Assembly (NCBI GenBank): GCA_965655095.1 | Contig: OZ296648.1 | Coordinates: forward strand, 70,432,001 to 70,496,000 | Reading direction: 5' to 3' | Origin: Haplodiscus bocki | Lineage: Eukaryota | DNA: 64,000 bases | In this document: in pieces, positions 25,236 through 39,150 of the stretch | Numbering within the stretch: position 1 is the stretch's first letter | Layout: the number at the start of each line of letters is the position of its first letter | Program-made: the position numbers and the translations under genes | The notes under the pieces: generated by a model | What the model was told of the DNA's origin: nothing | Databases searched by the model: none | What the model saw: the letters and a program-made list of their open reading frames with translations, nothing else

Positions 25236-26399
25236 GTACGTACTCGGTTTTTTCCGGCTGTCCAAGTAATGTGTCACTTGACTTTGATGCTTAATGCCAA
25301 AATGAAAAAGAAATGAAATGTTTGGGCGATCAGAGTTATGGATATGATGATCTCGACAAGTTTCGGTGGTTGGACTATAATTATCAGGTACGCAAATCAA
25401 TTCATCTAAAAAGTAACTATGCTACTTGAACAAACAATACAGCTCAATTAAGATTATAGCTTATGTAATGTATTTTTTCGAATTGCAGTCTAATCTAAAT
25501 GGATTTTTTAAACCTGGTGATAATACTTTTTTCAACTATCAAAAAATGGTGGGGTTGTGTTTCTCATTTTTACTAGCAGCGTTGGTATTACTCCAACTGA
25601 TATGAGACATGTTCAAAGAAACTTGTATTCAACTTTGGAAGCTTTTTTTAAGGATTCCAGTCTAAAGATTGTAAAAGTGTCAGAGGTATGTTCGTTGGCG
25701 TATGGAGGTGATTTGATGCATATGTATTTTCTATTCTGGGAAATCTAGTGTAGTAGTCACCGAGCATCTTGAAGATATTTTAGCTCAAATATTTCTACTT
25801 TTTTCGTTGTACTTATCACTAAACTTTGAGATTCAAAAACCGTTTAAGGCGCCAGGTGATCAGATGTCGAAGAAACTTGGTCTCAGGGTATTTTTGATGT
25901 TTTAGGTGCGATTTTGCTATCGATGTAGTTTTTATTATTTTGATGCAATTAAAGTTTCATGTATTGGACTGAATACCTGAATTTGTCTCACTCTACTAGG
26001 ATTTTTTTCTAACCAGAAATTACAAATTTGCTGTTTTGACCAAAACGGAAGATTTTTGCGTTTTCTTTGGCCTTATTACACGAGGGAGTACGCAAGCGAA
26101 ACGAGGTTTATTTCAGACGACGGGACAATTTTCAGTTTGTTCGTTTGAAACTCGAATTTTCGGATAAATTTATTCAGACAACTTTCACGCGCTCTGGCTT
26201 TGTTGTAAATATTTGGTCACGTGGCTTATCTCACAGCGTGCTCGCTTGCTAGAAAGGCGTTTTTAGTCGGCACATTTACTTCATTGAAAAAGCCGACTTT
26301 TGTCACTTTGTTTTTTCATTATTTTCTTAAGATCACAACGAATTGTTTACTTTTCCCTGGCGTATTATTTTAAATCTTAAATCATGCAAGTACAGTCTG

Positions 26400-26843
26400 T
26401 AAAAAACACAGGTAAATACTCACAAACATTCCTGGTACCGCCCTTATGTATAATTTTTTTCGATACCAGAAAATTTCTGAAACACCTAAGGGCCCCGTCA
26501 CGATTTTTTTCTGCGGCACGCAAAATTCTCGACATCTTTTTTCGTGATGCCCCCCCTTTATAGTTTGCGGAAAACTTCGCACCCAACAATTGGTCAACAT
26601 CAGAAAGTTTCAGAAACACCCACAACTTTTCGTTGGCGAAAAGAATTTCGTGAAGGAAATCGATACCGTCCCCCTCCCGCTCCCATCTATAAAGTTTTTC
26701 GATACTGGAAACTTTCAGAAACATCAAAGGGTCGCCCTCTAAAATTTTTCGGTAATCTGGGACCGATAATTTGAATTTTTTGTGATACCCCCATCTACGG
26801 CTTACAGATGGGCAGCACCGACTTTAAGCTGTTCTCAGCTTGT
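26400..26843 (+). mobile_element. Non-autonomous Helitron/Helentron-like element with internal ~105-135 bp repeats
   Basis: Three copies of a GATAC(C/T)(A/G)GAAA..TTTC(T/A)GAAACA-like core (~26462, ~26597, ~26701). Ends GGCAGCACCGAC..GTTCTCAGCTTGT, a terminus shared with 11544-11574, 23937-23954 and 19416-19450 (minus). Superfamily is inferred. Confidence 0.5.
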
Positions 26844-27299
26844 TATCTAATGAATTGGCAAATGAACCACTGAATTGGTGAAATTACGCAAGGTATTTCT
26901 AAGTTAATTGGAAGTGTAAAAATTTTCTAGTCACATCTTTTCATTTAGTGTTTAGGCTGGCAAACGCGAGCGTATTGCGGTCGACCCGCGTTTTTTGTCG
27001 CGGGACGTTGATGGAAACGATCAAAAATCACGAAAAGATGTTAACACAATTTTCTATGTATCGAGGATGTAACTTGTGTCTTCTGACTCTTTATTGTATT
27101 TTTTAAGCGGGGAGACCTCCAGATTATTACTGTGAACCGGCGTTTGTGCTGTTACATTCGTGAATCGAGTTCGCTGCCAATTGCATAGATGCTTATATAT
27201 CTTGCATTGTGGGTGATTGATCCTATGTTTCCAGATTTTGATCACGTGTTCCCTTGGAATCGTGGACTCAGTGCCATATTTTTGCAGGAATTTTCGATT

Positions 27300-30200
27300 A
27301 TGACTATCCTCGAAATGTCGGAAATGAATTAAATTTTCTTCTTTAAAAATTGGCGCAATTATGGAGATTCCTTCATATTTTGTAATTGTTTTTTGGACAC
27401 ACAGTTTCGCCTTTTTGTTGCACTTTGGACTAGCCAGTATTGTCGCTTAGGATCGTCAACTTCTTTTGTTTCAATCCGATCAAAACTTCCTTCGTTTTGC
27501 AACTGTTCACCATTATGATAGTTGAGCTGCAATGGGAAATTGACGTCGCTCGCTTTCTCTGCCTGTTTTGATCTGGATATGCGACGGAAAGTAAATGGTG
27601 AGCATTTAGTTTCGTAACTAGTGTCGGCTAGTTGGTTGATTTGACTGTAAAGCAATTTCTTGGACTTTGTAAAATTCTACTGTATTTTCAATTATTCACA
27701 ATTTTGGGAAATAACAGAGTACCAGGGATTTCTCTCATTCGATGCTTGTCGGCGAAATATCGTGTTTGTTTTTTGCAAGTCGAAATCTTTTTGATTACAT
27801 CTTTCGAATTTGTGTTTCTCAAAGACGACGGGTTGGATTGCTGTCATCCAGAGCTTAATCTAAAGTTTCGTAATACGGAGAGTCTGTGTAGAAGCGGAGA
27901 TATCCCGGTTCCTATTTTCTCACCAATAATCTTGTTAGTTACATCTCGAACTTTTTTTGCGGTTCTTCAATTTTTTTTTCGGGTACTACTTGTTGGATTG
28001 CGGCCTTGTAGTGCTCATATTAATAACCGTATTATGGAGTGTGCGTGACCAAGTTAGTTCTTACCCATCATATTTGTGTCGCAAGTTCTTTTATCTTGTT
28101 TGAAATTGGAAACTTTCACTTGGCCGTTTTTTACCGGTGCTATTTCAAAGGTGTACATTGTGCAGAATGTTAGGAGCAGAGGTGGCTCATTTATTTTCCT
28201 GCTGGCAGAGAACCCGAACTTGTAACTTCTATTACGTTAATGTTTTGTTTGCGTCCTGTCGTATATCAAAGTGGTTTTTCTCGAAGGCTCTCAGCTGTAT
28301 TGTAGCCATCTGGTGCTCATACAAAAGTCGAGATTATGAAAAAGTTTGTGAAGAAAAAAAGCATGTCCTGTATGGTTTATTGTATACTTTCAATTGAACT
28401 ATTTTGACTTGTTATTCTGATTCGATTGTTTTCAGCTTCCATCTTTTCTCAAAATAGTGTTTCAAAAAAGATAATGAATTTGACTGTCTTCATCCATCGC
28501 TAAAAATGAATACTGGTAAGTATAATTGGGTTATCACATGTATATTTGTTTTATGCAAAGTTTGCTAAGGATGAAATCTTCACAAGTCAAGTGATCAATA
28601 GCCGATACCGTTTCTCACCTTTTTCGCAAGAACATTGAAAAATCTAATATTTCGAATTCACGTAGCCTGGAGCATCTGCGAAGTAGCAGAATTGACCGTT
28701 TAATACTGTCATCTCGAAAACTAGTTACACGCGACGTTCATTCATGGTGTTTCTCTTGATTTTTTCTGGTTGATTAGAATTCTGGTTGCGTTCTCGCCTT
28801 GTTTTTTAATTTGAAGCATAAGGTGTTCGGTGTTTTGGGCACAATTTGTGACCTCTTGAGACATTGTAGTTTCGATTGGTAATGTGAAAGTCTCCAACTT
28901 GGAATTTGCAAGACTTGCTTGTTGCAAATTTGCATGTATACAAAGTAGAATGATTTGAACCGTTAGCAAATTTTCCAAAACTAGGTACGCCTGCCTAAAT
29001 TTGCTTCTTTTTGGGGTGGTTTGGCCATCTGCCTACCAAGACAACGTTTAGCTTAGAATATAAAAACTATAGAAAGGTTGATATTTCTAGAAAATATGCG
29101 TTTTTCGAAGAATTTCACAAGCTGCTATTCATCCTTTTTAACGAATAAAAATGGCTATTTTCAGCATTTTTTCAAAAATACTGCTGCCTGTAGTTCTGAA
29201 TGGTCTTTTTTGTGAGCCTATCGAGCAACAAGGTAAGTTTTTAAGTTTCGAAAAACTTCGTCGAAAATGGGATTTTCAAAGTTGGCCATATAATCTAAAT
29301 TCGTGATTTTTGTGCTGATATCGCGATTTTTTTGAATTTCTTCTTTTTGCTCCATTTTTTATCTTTAGCAACTAATGCGTATTGGGTCGTTCTGATGTTG
29401 AAGTTTGTGGTGAATTTCTATTAAACTTATTCATTTTTCAGTTTGCGGGATATTGAACATCTCTCATTTTCAGTTCAGTTTTGCAGGTGCTATTACATGC
29501 TGGATCGGTATGCAATTGTATTTTGTAGTTAAGTTACTGAAAGTTCGAAATTTTTGCAATAGTTTCTTTTTGTGTTCCAAAAAAAAAAACAAAAAAGTTG
29601 ACTATCTCACTTTTCCAGCGATTCCAACTGCTTTTAATTTCCAAAATGTTTTTGGGTACCACCACATTCTGAACCATTACACCATTTTTTTTAAATCCCA
29701 AAGCTTTAATTGGTTACACAACAAGAATTTTGTTGGAGTTCACCCAGAATGTGCATCTTTTGCAATGGTGGAACCATTGTTTCTCAGTATCTGGCTCTTG
29801 AATTTTCACTGTGTCGGCTTCAGAAGCATGGTATTGTAGAATTATGTAGGGCGTATTTGAACAAATATGAACTGGTTTTTTCTTTCATGGAATCGTTTTT
29901 TCGGAGCATATCCGTCGTCATTTCGAAAAATTCTTTCGTTACTTTTTGACGTTATGGGCTTCTTCCTTCCATATTCGAGACCTAAAGTCCTATGTTTTGA
30001 TTAATTGTTTTTGAAAAATGACGGGTTATGTCCGTTTTTAACTTGGATATCAAAAAGTTTCCGCTGGTTCTCGAAAAATTAAGGATTTCTTTCTCGAATC
30101 GTTCATCTTGACGAATTGTGATCCGATTGCGTCATATAAGAGCTAATTCTTCAATTAGTCGTGACCTAGAGGACTTGAAAATTGCGGGGTTGTCCTCGTC

Positions 30201-30500
30201 AAATTTCAATCTGAATAGGTCTTGACTGGCATTCGGAAAATGGAAAATGATATTTGTGCAGTTCGTTAAAATTTTTTGTCCTGGAGAGTAGATGTCGAAT
30301 TGCGTCAACAAAGCCTGGGTCGCCAAATGTGATACTATTGAGAGCTAGTCGTTGGATTTCGGCTTTCTCGCGATAATTCGAGTTTGCTTCCCAGAGATGT
30401 GGAGTGGGAGGAGTTGGCTGTTGCGTAGTTTTTGGACGACGAACTTCAACTTGGTATTCGAAAAAAATCAAATGTCTTTACTTAGACCATTAAAGTGGTT
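27300..30500 (-). mobile_element. Very decayed LTR-retrotransposon-like pol relic
   Basis: Only weak words (QNVVVPKNI..KQL.GIAGK, pre-integrase zinc-binding region ~29600-29690); coding-like strand bias. Confidence 0.3.
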
Positions 30501-30899
30501 TTCTTGATGACTAGTGTTCTGGCTACCTTGATGCATTGCTCTATCGTCTAAAAGGTACCTAGAGGATTTGACAAACAAGTTCTTGAACTCGACAAGTCTT
30601 GATTTGTGGTTGGAGTGGCAACTATGTATTTACATGAGTCGTTTAGTAAATGTTACTTTTTCGAGTGCTTTTTTTGTGAAAAACGTCCTTTCATTACTTC
30701 CTTCTATGGAAAACGGACTGCAAAGTTTATTCCCGGGCAAAATTCATGATATCGACATCATATATATTAAATATACATATAAATTCATATATATTTTTTG
30801 GTTTTTTCTGGAGTTGTTCGAAATATTTTAACCTAAAAGATTATTTTTCGTGAGCTGTTCGTGTAAACCGTCTTTCCTGAAAAGAACTAGTCGAATTCG

Positions 30900-33800
30900 G
30901 TTTTAGCAGAGTGGATCGTCTTTTTCCAAGTTTAACTTTGTTGCTTGAACTTTTTTTCAAAAATGTGTTTTTTCTTACGATGTTCGTTATTTTTTATTTA
31001 ACTAGTATTCGGACTGCGTACCTTTTTGACTCGTTCAATTTTTGTTTATTTAGAAAGCCTGCAAATTAGGAATGTCTGAAGTTTGCTTTCCGTTTTCTCT
31101 TTTCGGAAACTACATGTCGGATTGCGTCCGTGTTAGCGGAAGTTGACTTCTCGCTGGTAATAGGCTTCATGAACGGTCCATGGTACTCTGCTCCATATTC
31201 ACGGCGAAAACGTCGGATTGGTATGTCCCGTTTCTTGCTTCTACCTTTAGATCTTGACTTGTAGTTTGAATTTTAGATTTTTCTGTTTTAATCTCGTCTT
31301 TTCGTGGCAACTAAGGTTTTCTTTTTGTATATGCTTTACACTTCAGGAAGGATGGCTAGTAGGATTACTTCTGAACACATGGAATTAACGATTCCGGCTT
31401 AAAAAAAGAACGTTTCGGTTTGCTCTGCTACCTAAATTTGTTCTAAAATGATGTGAAAGGTTTTGGTCGGTGAGCAATGCAGAGGATGTCGCTAGTCTGT
31501 GCGAAGCGCTGCTTTATTTTTGTGTTACACGTGCGATGCCAGTGGAGTGAGCAGAGCAAGTGTATTACGATCGACGGTAGCTTTTATTTTTTCCCAGACG
31601 TTCAAAACTCGGTTCCTTTTGCGAGAATCTGTTATGTTCCAAGAAATTTTTATCAATTAGTGTTGGACTGAAACTAGCTACCGATTAAGTCTTGACGATC
31701 CGTTACTCGATTAGTACGAATACGTAAGACTAAAGCGTTGTTTCAGGCGGAAGAAGACAAATTTTGTTTACACGCTAAATTTAATTCTGTTCGACTATTT
31801 TTTGGCGACAATGTTTTCTAGATCTTGAAACGACTAACCTATCGGAAAGTTTGTTTAGTAACGGCTCAGCGTTTTTCATGATTTATCAGCGAAAAGTTGG
31901 TTGGTAAATGCAATTTATTGTTTTTATTTGCGTCAATTATCGAATGTGTGAATATGCATGACTACTGGTTGGGGGTCGATCTAGAACTAATTTCATTTTT
32001 CTTTGTATAGAGGACTTGGGGAGTAAATTTGATGCTTTTTTGTGATGTTGTTCTGAATGAAAAAAGGATTGTGTTTGAAAAGTCGACTTGGTTTTTTTGC
32101 CGTCTGTTCGATAGACCCGTTCTGCTTTATCTTTGAATAGTGGTCGGATTTGGTTTTTGTAACGCTGCTACTATTTGCCTTGAGGTTCTTCGGAGTAATT
32201 TGCATTCTCTATTCTTCTCACGAATAATTTTGAATGGTTTCTGGGAAATTGGAAACGTTTTTCATTCCGTTGATCTTGAAAGTAATTTTTTTCCCAGTCC
32301 GAAGTGGTTTGGAATGCTTCTACTTTGGGCTCAGTCAAATGGTACTTGTCTGGAACGTCTGTGGGATATGGAGAAGGATGTTTTTATACTTTACTCAAGG
32401 AAAATGGAATTTTTTAATTGAACTGTTGAAGTTCTTTTCCTTGACGTCAATAGTTGATAGTTTTTTTGACGACCAATTGTTCGGTTGCGTCAACCAGTGA
32501 TAATTTGGGTTCTCGTTGTTTGCAAAACTTGAGGGTGCACAGACAGTTGATTTTGCACTTTTTGGTCTTTGTATCTGAAATTTAAAATGAATGTTTATTT
32601 TTTATCGTTTTTCTTCTGTCAAAAGCTGGCTTCTTGGTCACCTCGGTGTAACTGCTACCATCCAGCGCTCAATCGAGTATCGGTTGCGTCGTGGACTGCT
32701 ATATAGGTTGTGTGCTCTGCATAATTTTCCCCCAATCTTTTTGAACGGCTTGTAATTGCTTGTTTTGTGATTTTGAAGCAGCTTTGGTGGAGAAGAGTTA
32801 GTTCAAGCAGTGATTGTTTTATTAAGTTCCCAACGCTGGTATCGCGAGCTTTTCTATATCTTTCCGGGGTAGATTGTCATGGTTTTGGGTCGCAGAAAAT
32901 CTGCTGGTTTTGTGAAATCTATAGTGTAAAGAGTTTGTTACTATTGTCAGACTATCGTTTCAAATCCACATACGGCTTTTCTCTCGGTGCTTTGAAATCT
33001 CTTTTCCGCAGAATTTCTCCCAGCAAGTGTTCGTCAAATGCATCTTCGCCTCCTAATCTTGCATCAACTAAATATCATGGATTAGGATAGTTAGAATTCT
33101 CCCGACCGATCAAAACCCGCACCAGCTTGTCAGCAGTTGACTAATACCGCGGTGGTAGTTTGGCGGGGAATGAATTTTGCCTGCTCCTTCAGCTTGCTTT
33201 GCATGTTGAATAAAAACTGAATAAACCACTTAGCATTGAACTATCAACGAAGAATATAATGGGATAATCTTCGTAGTGTCGAATATTTGACACTATTTGA
33301 CTATAAAATCCTATTTTTCTCATCGAATTGTTTCCGAATGGGGTTACGTCCACTACTGAATAAACAATTCGATAATGTTGGAAAATTCTCGGGTGTCAAA
33401 GTTTCTGTTTCCTAATATGTGAGGAAAATGTGACTGCGTACTTGCAATTTGAGGGAAACGTTTTGCTCCGTTGCGGAATCATTTGTATCGAAATCTTCTT
33501 GTAGAATTGCAACCTTCAGTGCTCATTCAAAAGTCTGTAATTTAAGGAATCTGCAAAGAAACAGGGATGTCCCTTTTCATATCTTTTACAGTAGGTATCT
33601 CGTGTTGCAGTTTGATATTGGAAACTGGTTGACTTCTCTTTTTGCAACGTTGCTTTTGCGAAAAACTTGTCACCATCCAGTGCTTGTACAAAAGTCTGTA
33701 ATGTGGAGAATCTTCAAAAAAGCAGGATACGTTACTCTTCTTACTATTTGCGCAAAATATTCTGGCCTTGGCGTGAAATTCGAAGTTTTTACTCTGGTCT

Positions 33801-34200
33801 TTTTTCTAATCTGTTTTCCTCAAAGAATAACGGTTGCATTCCGGTTATCAAGTGTTGATTCAAAAGCGCGCATAATGGAGAATCCCAGAAGCTGTTTTTG
33901 TTGTTTCACTTTTTGCACGGGAAATCTTTTGACTTGTTCTTGTTGAGATTCCAATATCTTTATTTGCGTCTTTCTTGAAACTTGTTTTTTTTCGGTGACT
34001 ATCGTTTGTGTTGCGATCTTCCAATGGGTGTCTGGAATGCTACTAAATAGGGTTGTTTTTGATCAGCTGTTTTTCCCATTTCGTTTTCAATGCGAACCTT
34101 TTGTAAGTTTTGCTCTTTGGAAACTTCGAGAAGCAATTGACCTGTTTTCGTCGGTGGGGAATGAGTCGATGCTCAGCTCCGTCTCAAGTGTGAGCGAAAA
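30900..34200 (-). mobile_element. Decayed Ty3/Gypsy pol relic (RT connection, RNase H, integrase order)
   Basis: KQLLGFS.YARF..L...MQPLF (~33830-33910), integrase start TSSHAYSHI..IDA (~31930-31980), and YHGPF (GPY/F module, ~31170-31190), collinear on minus. No LTR pair found. Confidence 0.55.
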
Positions 34201-35021
34201 ATGGCTACACCTCTGTTGATCTCACAGTTTATATGTAGATATAAATTTTGATGTATATATGTAGGAGTTGTAAAAATCAGAACCATTGAAATTTTTCATC
34301 ATATTTGTCATCAATGGAAAATCATAAAATACTTTCATTTTTTGGGACGGTATAAGTGAAAATGTGGCTCACGGTAATTGAAACTCTTCAACGTTTTTTC
34401 ATTTCCTTTTTCAAAGTTTTTGTCTGAAAAGCTGTTCCACAAATTGGAGAACTAGTCCTCGATAATTGGCGTCCGGAAAACGAGGTTTATGACGTTTGAA
34501 TTGGCTGTTGACCACGCAGAAGATATCGTGAATGATTTTCGGTTAGAAAGCCTCTTGGAAGATATTAAAGATGCTAATCCCATTCAGGTTTTTTTGATAA
34601 GTTTGTTAGCGAGAGGCTATAAATGGTCGGAGCTAGGTCGGTGTGTGACGATTTTAATTTTTTCAAAAAATTGTTTTCCCCCATTAGATTATTTTCGCTA
34701 ATGTTTAGTTAAATGGTGAAATGAAAGTGGTTCTGACTTGTATCTTCGGTCTTTTAAGAAACGAGTAAAAATCTGGAGGCTCAATGAAAATTTTTTCTGG
34801 TCAGCTGTGAAAACAGAAATTTTCACTGAAAAGCAAAATTTGTTTATAGACTATTTGAAAGGTGTGGAATTTAGACTGGGAGGGAGATTTGCAGAGATTT
34901 CGTGAGTTTTCGTCTAAATATATTAATATATTTTAAGGTGTGTTTGCTGCGCTATGTGAGTGTCATTAAATTGCAGTTAACAATTTCTTTTCTGATTTTT
35001 TTTGTATTTTCTTTTTTTAAG

Positions 35022-35268
35022 AGAAAAGATCCAGTTTCAAAGTGCAGAAAAGACGATCGTTGCTGCTGTCCAATACGGGAAGTTTACCTCTGGATGTGAG
35101 CTCAGTTTTGATTGACGGTGTTCCCTGTTTGGGTCGTGGTTTCTTCATCGAGAACTGTGACCCCTTAACAGGAAAGGTGAACTTCTCAGATGTTTGGAGA
35201 CAACCACAAGATCGATTGGCTTCCAGTTCAAAACTGGACGCCGAGAAGACGGGCGAACTTGTCATAGT
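35022..35268 (+). CDS. TMEM131: TMEM131-like, internal exon
   Basis: Long polypyrimidine tract plus aag acceptor, gttagt donor. SNTGSLPLDV..IDGVPCLGRGFFIENC matches NTG.L.I..I.I.G..C.GYGF.V.NC. Phase 1 to 2. Confidence 0.92.
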
Positions 35269-38200
35269 GTTAGTAGAACTAAATTTTAACGGCGTGATTT
35301 TAAATAGTTCTCTGGAGTTTTGCCCAAAAAGCTTTGCGATTCTAATTCGAGAGTATTTTTTTCTTATTCCCCCCGCGCATTATGTTATAATCCATTTTGT
35401 CTCAATTATTGTTCCGCTAATGCAGAATTTTTTGAGGACTGTTTTATTCGGTGTTCTTAGTGAAGTGCAGTTTCGTTTGTTTTTTTTTTCAGCAACCAAA
35501 ACTACGAGCTATTCAAGTTCTTCAGACTTCTAAAGTTTTACTGCTAAATAATCAACAATTCCCACAGATACAGCCGTGGTACCCCCTACTTACTCCGACA
35601 AATTTTGAAACTGAGAAAGATGTTCAAAAAATTTCTGATTCCACACTACATTCAACAATTTACATGTACTTTCTATTCACAAATCTTTCAGACTTCAACA
35701 AAGAAAGTTTCGAAGTACCAAAAGGTATCCCCAATAATTTTTTTGGAATTTTGATTAAAAATATGTATTGAAAACGGCTTTTATCCATTCTTTTATAAAT
35801 TCCGACTGAAAGGAAGAGTGTGTAATGAAAACCGGCCTGTACTTAGTTTTTAAATCATGTCCATAACTTCCATTTTTGGACTTCAACATAGGCTAGTCAT
35901 CTACTTCAAACAAACAAGAACTTCTTTTTGGCAGGTACATGTTCTTTTTAGCATTATTACTCGAGCGAGGAAGCGAAGCGAAGTGTGTTACGGACGATTG
36001 TTTTTCCGCGCGTCTCCAACTCTCAAATTATGTCTCCTCTCTTAAAATGGAAATTTCTTGACGTATTCTCGCGTTGTGATCGTTCGATCGCAGGTGCTAT
36101 TTTCCTGCTAAGACAAATGAATGTATGAAAGGTAAAAGTAGTAAAGGAAGGGGGATTTGCAATTTTTGACTCCCAAACCGAAAATTTTCTTAGTCAAAAA
36201 GGTCAAAGTACTGAATAATCTGAAACTGGAGTTTTTTGACTACACTGAGTGTCGTCCATGACAACTCGCCTCAATTCTTTTGACATTTATATGTTCATCA
36301 GTCAAATTGTGACAACTTGATCTACAAAGAGTGGAATATTTCAACTTTGGAGAATCAGTCGATTCTTAGAGTGGAAATGAAGCATTGAACCCCTTGACAC
36401 AGGATTAAACGAAACTAAACTAACCTTCCGAAGCATGAAGAATCAACGTCGTAAAAATAATTTTTTCTCGAGCATTCGATAAGTGTTGAATTCACTCCAA
36501 AACCGAAAACCTAGGAAAAACGGTAACAGCAGTATCACTTTCATACATTACAGCTTGCTAGCAAACTTGGCACACCACGTGGACCAGCTGTGACCAGAGG
36601 CTGATGAAATATCGTGACTGCAGCAAGTATGTTTTTCTTCGATAGGGAACTCCTACAGACTGAAAGGAAAATTCCCAAATAAAACGTGGGTGAGATAACT
36701 CTGAGACGGCTCATTTTTAGACGATTTAATACCACAATCAGTTGCTTAGAAATTTTGCTAGTGGAAACAAATGACAACTGTTTTCAGAGAAGTTCCGTCG
36801 AAATTTTGGTTGATTCTATTTTATACCCACGAAACTACCACTACTGAGACGCTTTCTGAAGCCACAGGAGTTTGTGCGAGGCTCTTGAGATTATAGTGTG
36901 TTCACAGAACGCTCATTACCTAAGCCGAGAACACCTTGGAAACGAATTCAGCTGTCGGCAATTGGAAGGAATTCGGGAAGCGCTGCCATCGAATCATCAT
37001 CATACCTGGCTCTATCTTTCTGATTGTGGCGACGCTGAAACTTTTTTGAAGCAGACTAATGCTCAAGTTTTGTCGACAACAAACAATGCGTATGTAAAAT
37101 TGATGACTGCCTCATGGCCCGAATTTTGTCTCAGAGCAGAAACAGACAAATTAGCCGCCAGTTCAGTTTGTCAGAGGCGAGAAGATGCAATTCTTGATGA
37201 ATGAGAAGACCGCAGAAGCACTTGGTTGCAAATTCAAAATTGTGTGGGAGTATGAAAGATACATTTTACTAAGAACATCCGTTCGAACGGGACAGAGAAA
37301 GCATTGTTTCTTTTTGAACGTCTGCTCGACCTTGAAAATTCAGATGCATCTTTCAAAGACAGCGTATTGTCATAGATTGATCTTCTTCATAAAGGATTTG
37401 GGCGAATTCAGGTAACTGGGCACAGCCGCACATTGGATTTTAATTTGATTGTAACAAATGCTCAATGCATGTGTTTCGAATGTATGAGTCAACCATTCAA
37501 ATCGTCGATTCGACGACTCAAGAAGCCAACAACTACTCTTCTCAGCTTTTTTCCGTTAATGATGAGAACAAATTATTGATACATCCTTCTTGTAAAAGTT
37601 CTGTTCCGAAACAGACGCTTCTCCCTATTAAAATTTCGGCACTTAAATGTTTTCCTCGAGAGATGTTTGCGAAAACTTTGAAAGTAACTAACTGGTTTCC
37701 TAGGAACACAACATCGAAAATTGCTTCTCTTGCAGTTTGTCTCTACATCGACAAAACAATGGATTTGCATGAAGTTAATTGAAGGGCACTTTTTGGTGGC
37801 AACATTGGAGCAGGCGATAGCCTTCTACACCACAACTTGACGTTTTTTACGAAAGCATGCAATCTTTCATGATTCCTGTGGTTATATGAGAAATGTCATT
37901 GGCGTGGGACCTGATTACGTTTGTACGTTAACAACTGGAAAATACTTCAGAAATTGTATGCTAGTGGGCCAATTTGCGGTATTTTTTACTCTGGACGTTA
38001 AAGCAGTTTTTTCAATCTGATTGTTTCGATAATTTTCCCTTCTAACCATTTCCCATTAATCCAAGTGGAAAACGGTTGGGTTCCTCGAGCACAAACAAAG
38101 TTTTCGGAGAATCGTTTTCTTCGCCTTGCGGGACGTTGAATCGAAACGTTCCAGTGGTTATTTCGGTGAACTTTGTGTGGATCAAGAACAGAAGGTGGCT

Positions 38201-38471
38201 TATGAACCTGATTTTGAAAACGTTTTCCAATGTAAAGTATATCGCCTGATTTTTGACGGGAACGACCACCATTTAGTGTAAATCTCTGCGGCGGGGACGA
38301 TTCAAAACTCGATAAACTTTTACTCGCTATATTATTTCATCATTTAGTTGTTGTGATCCTGTTATTTTTTGTACAATTTTCCTTACACTTTGCGCGTGAC
38401 AACAGATTCGCATGAGGATTACTAGCCCTTTTGTCAGCCAGGTTAGGTCATATCTTACCCACTCCCAAGCA

Positions 38472-39150
38472 ATGAGACCGAATAAGCACTGAGCCTCACT
38501 ACTTTGTATCTGTTGCGAGACCAGCAAGAACGGCGAAAACCAGACTGATTGAGCTTTTGATTGTCAATCAAGGAAAAATGTTTTAACTAAGCTTCGACAA
38601 AATAATCTACTTTTATAAGCATCATCAACCCCATTACGGAACTATCTGATTGATTGTGAGTCAACACATGTTGATTTGAATTCATTCAAGGATCAGAATG
38701 GAACTCCTTAGAAAAGGCTGAAGCGCAGAGGAGACGATTTTATTTTAGTTCTGTTTGATTTCTTCGATGAAGCGACTCAAAACACAGAATATCTAGCACT
38801 AGTTATTGCTGGTCGACATCGCAACGTCCACATGATGGTTTTAAGACAACCTATTTCAACGGAATAAGAACTCGAAAACAATCGGCTTGAATGTCACGTA
38901 GATATATCTCTTCAGCAACCCGAGATTTTCGGAACATATTGGTTTTTTGGGGACGTCAACTTTCTGAACGAGACATCACAATGGAAGCATATAAAAAAGC
39001 TACTCGCAAATTTTTTCGTCATTTGGTGATTGACTTAGACGTGAGAAGTAGTAAAACGCTGATGTATTCTTTCAAGTGTTCTGGTGACGAGTCATCGTTG
39101 TTCTACTATTCAAAGGATCAACTCTACTTGAACCTCGACAATGAGTGTAA
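38472..39150 (+). pseudogene. A32/FtsK-like genome-packaging ATPase, lineage A, copy 1
   Basis: FVSVARPARTAKTRLI (decayed Walker A), FDKIIYFYKHHQPHY, LVIAGRHRNVHMMVL (38808), AYKKATRKFFRHLVIDLD. Confidence 0.85.
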
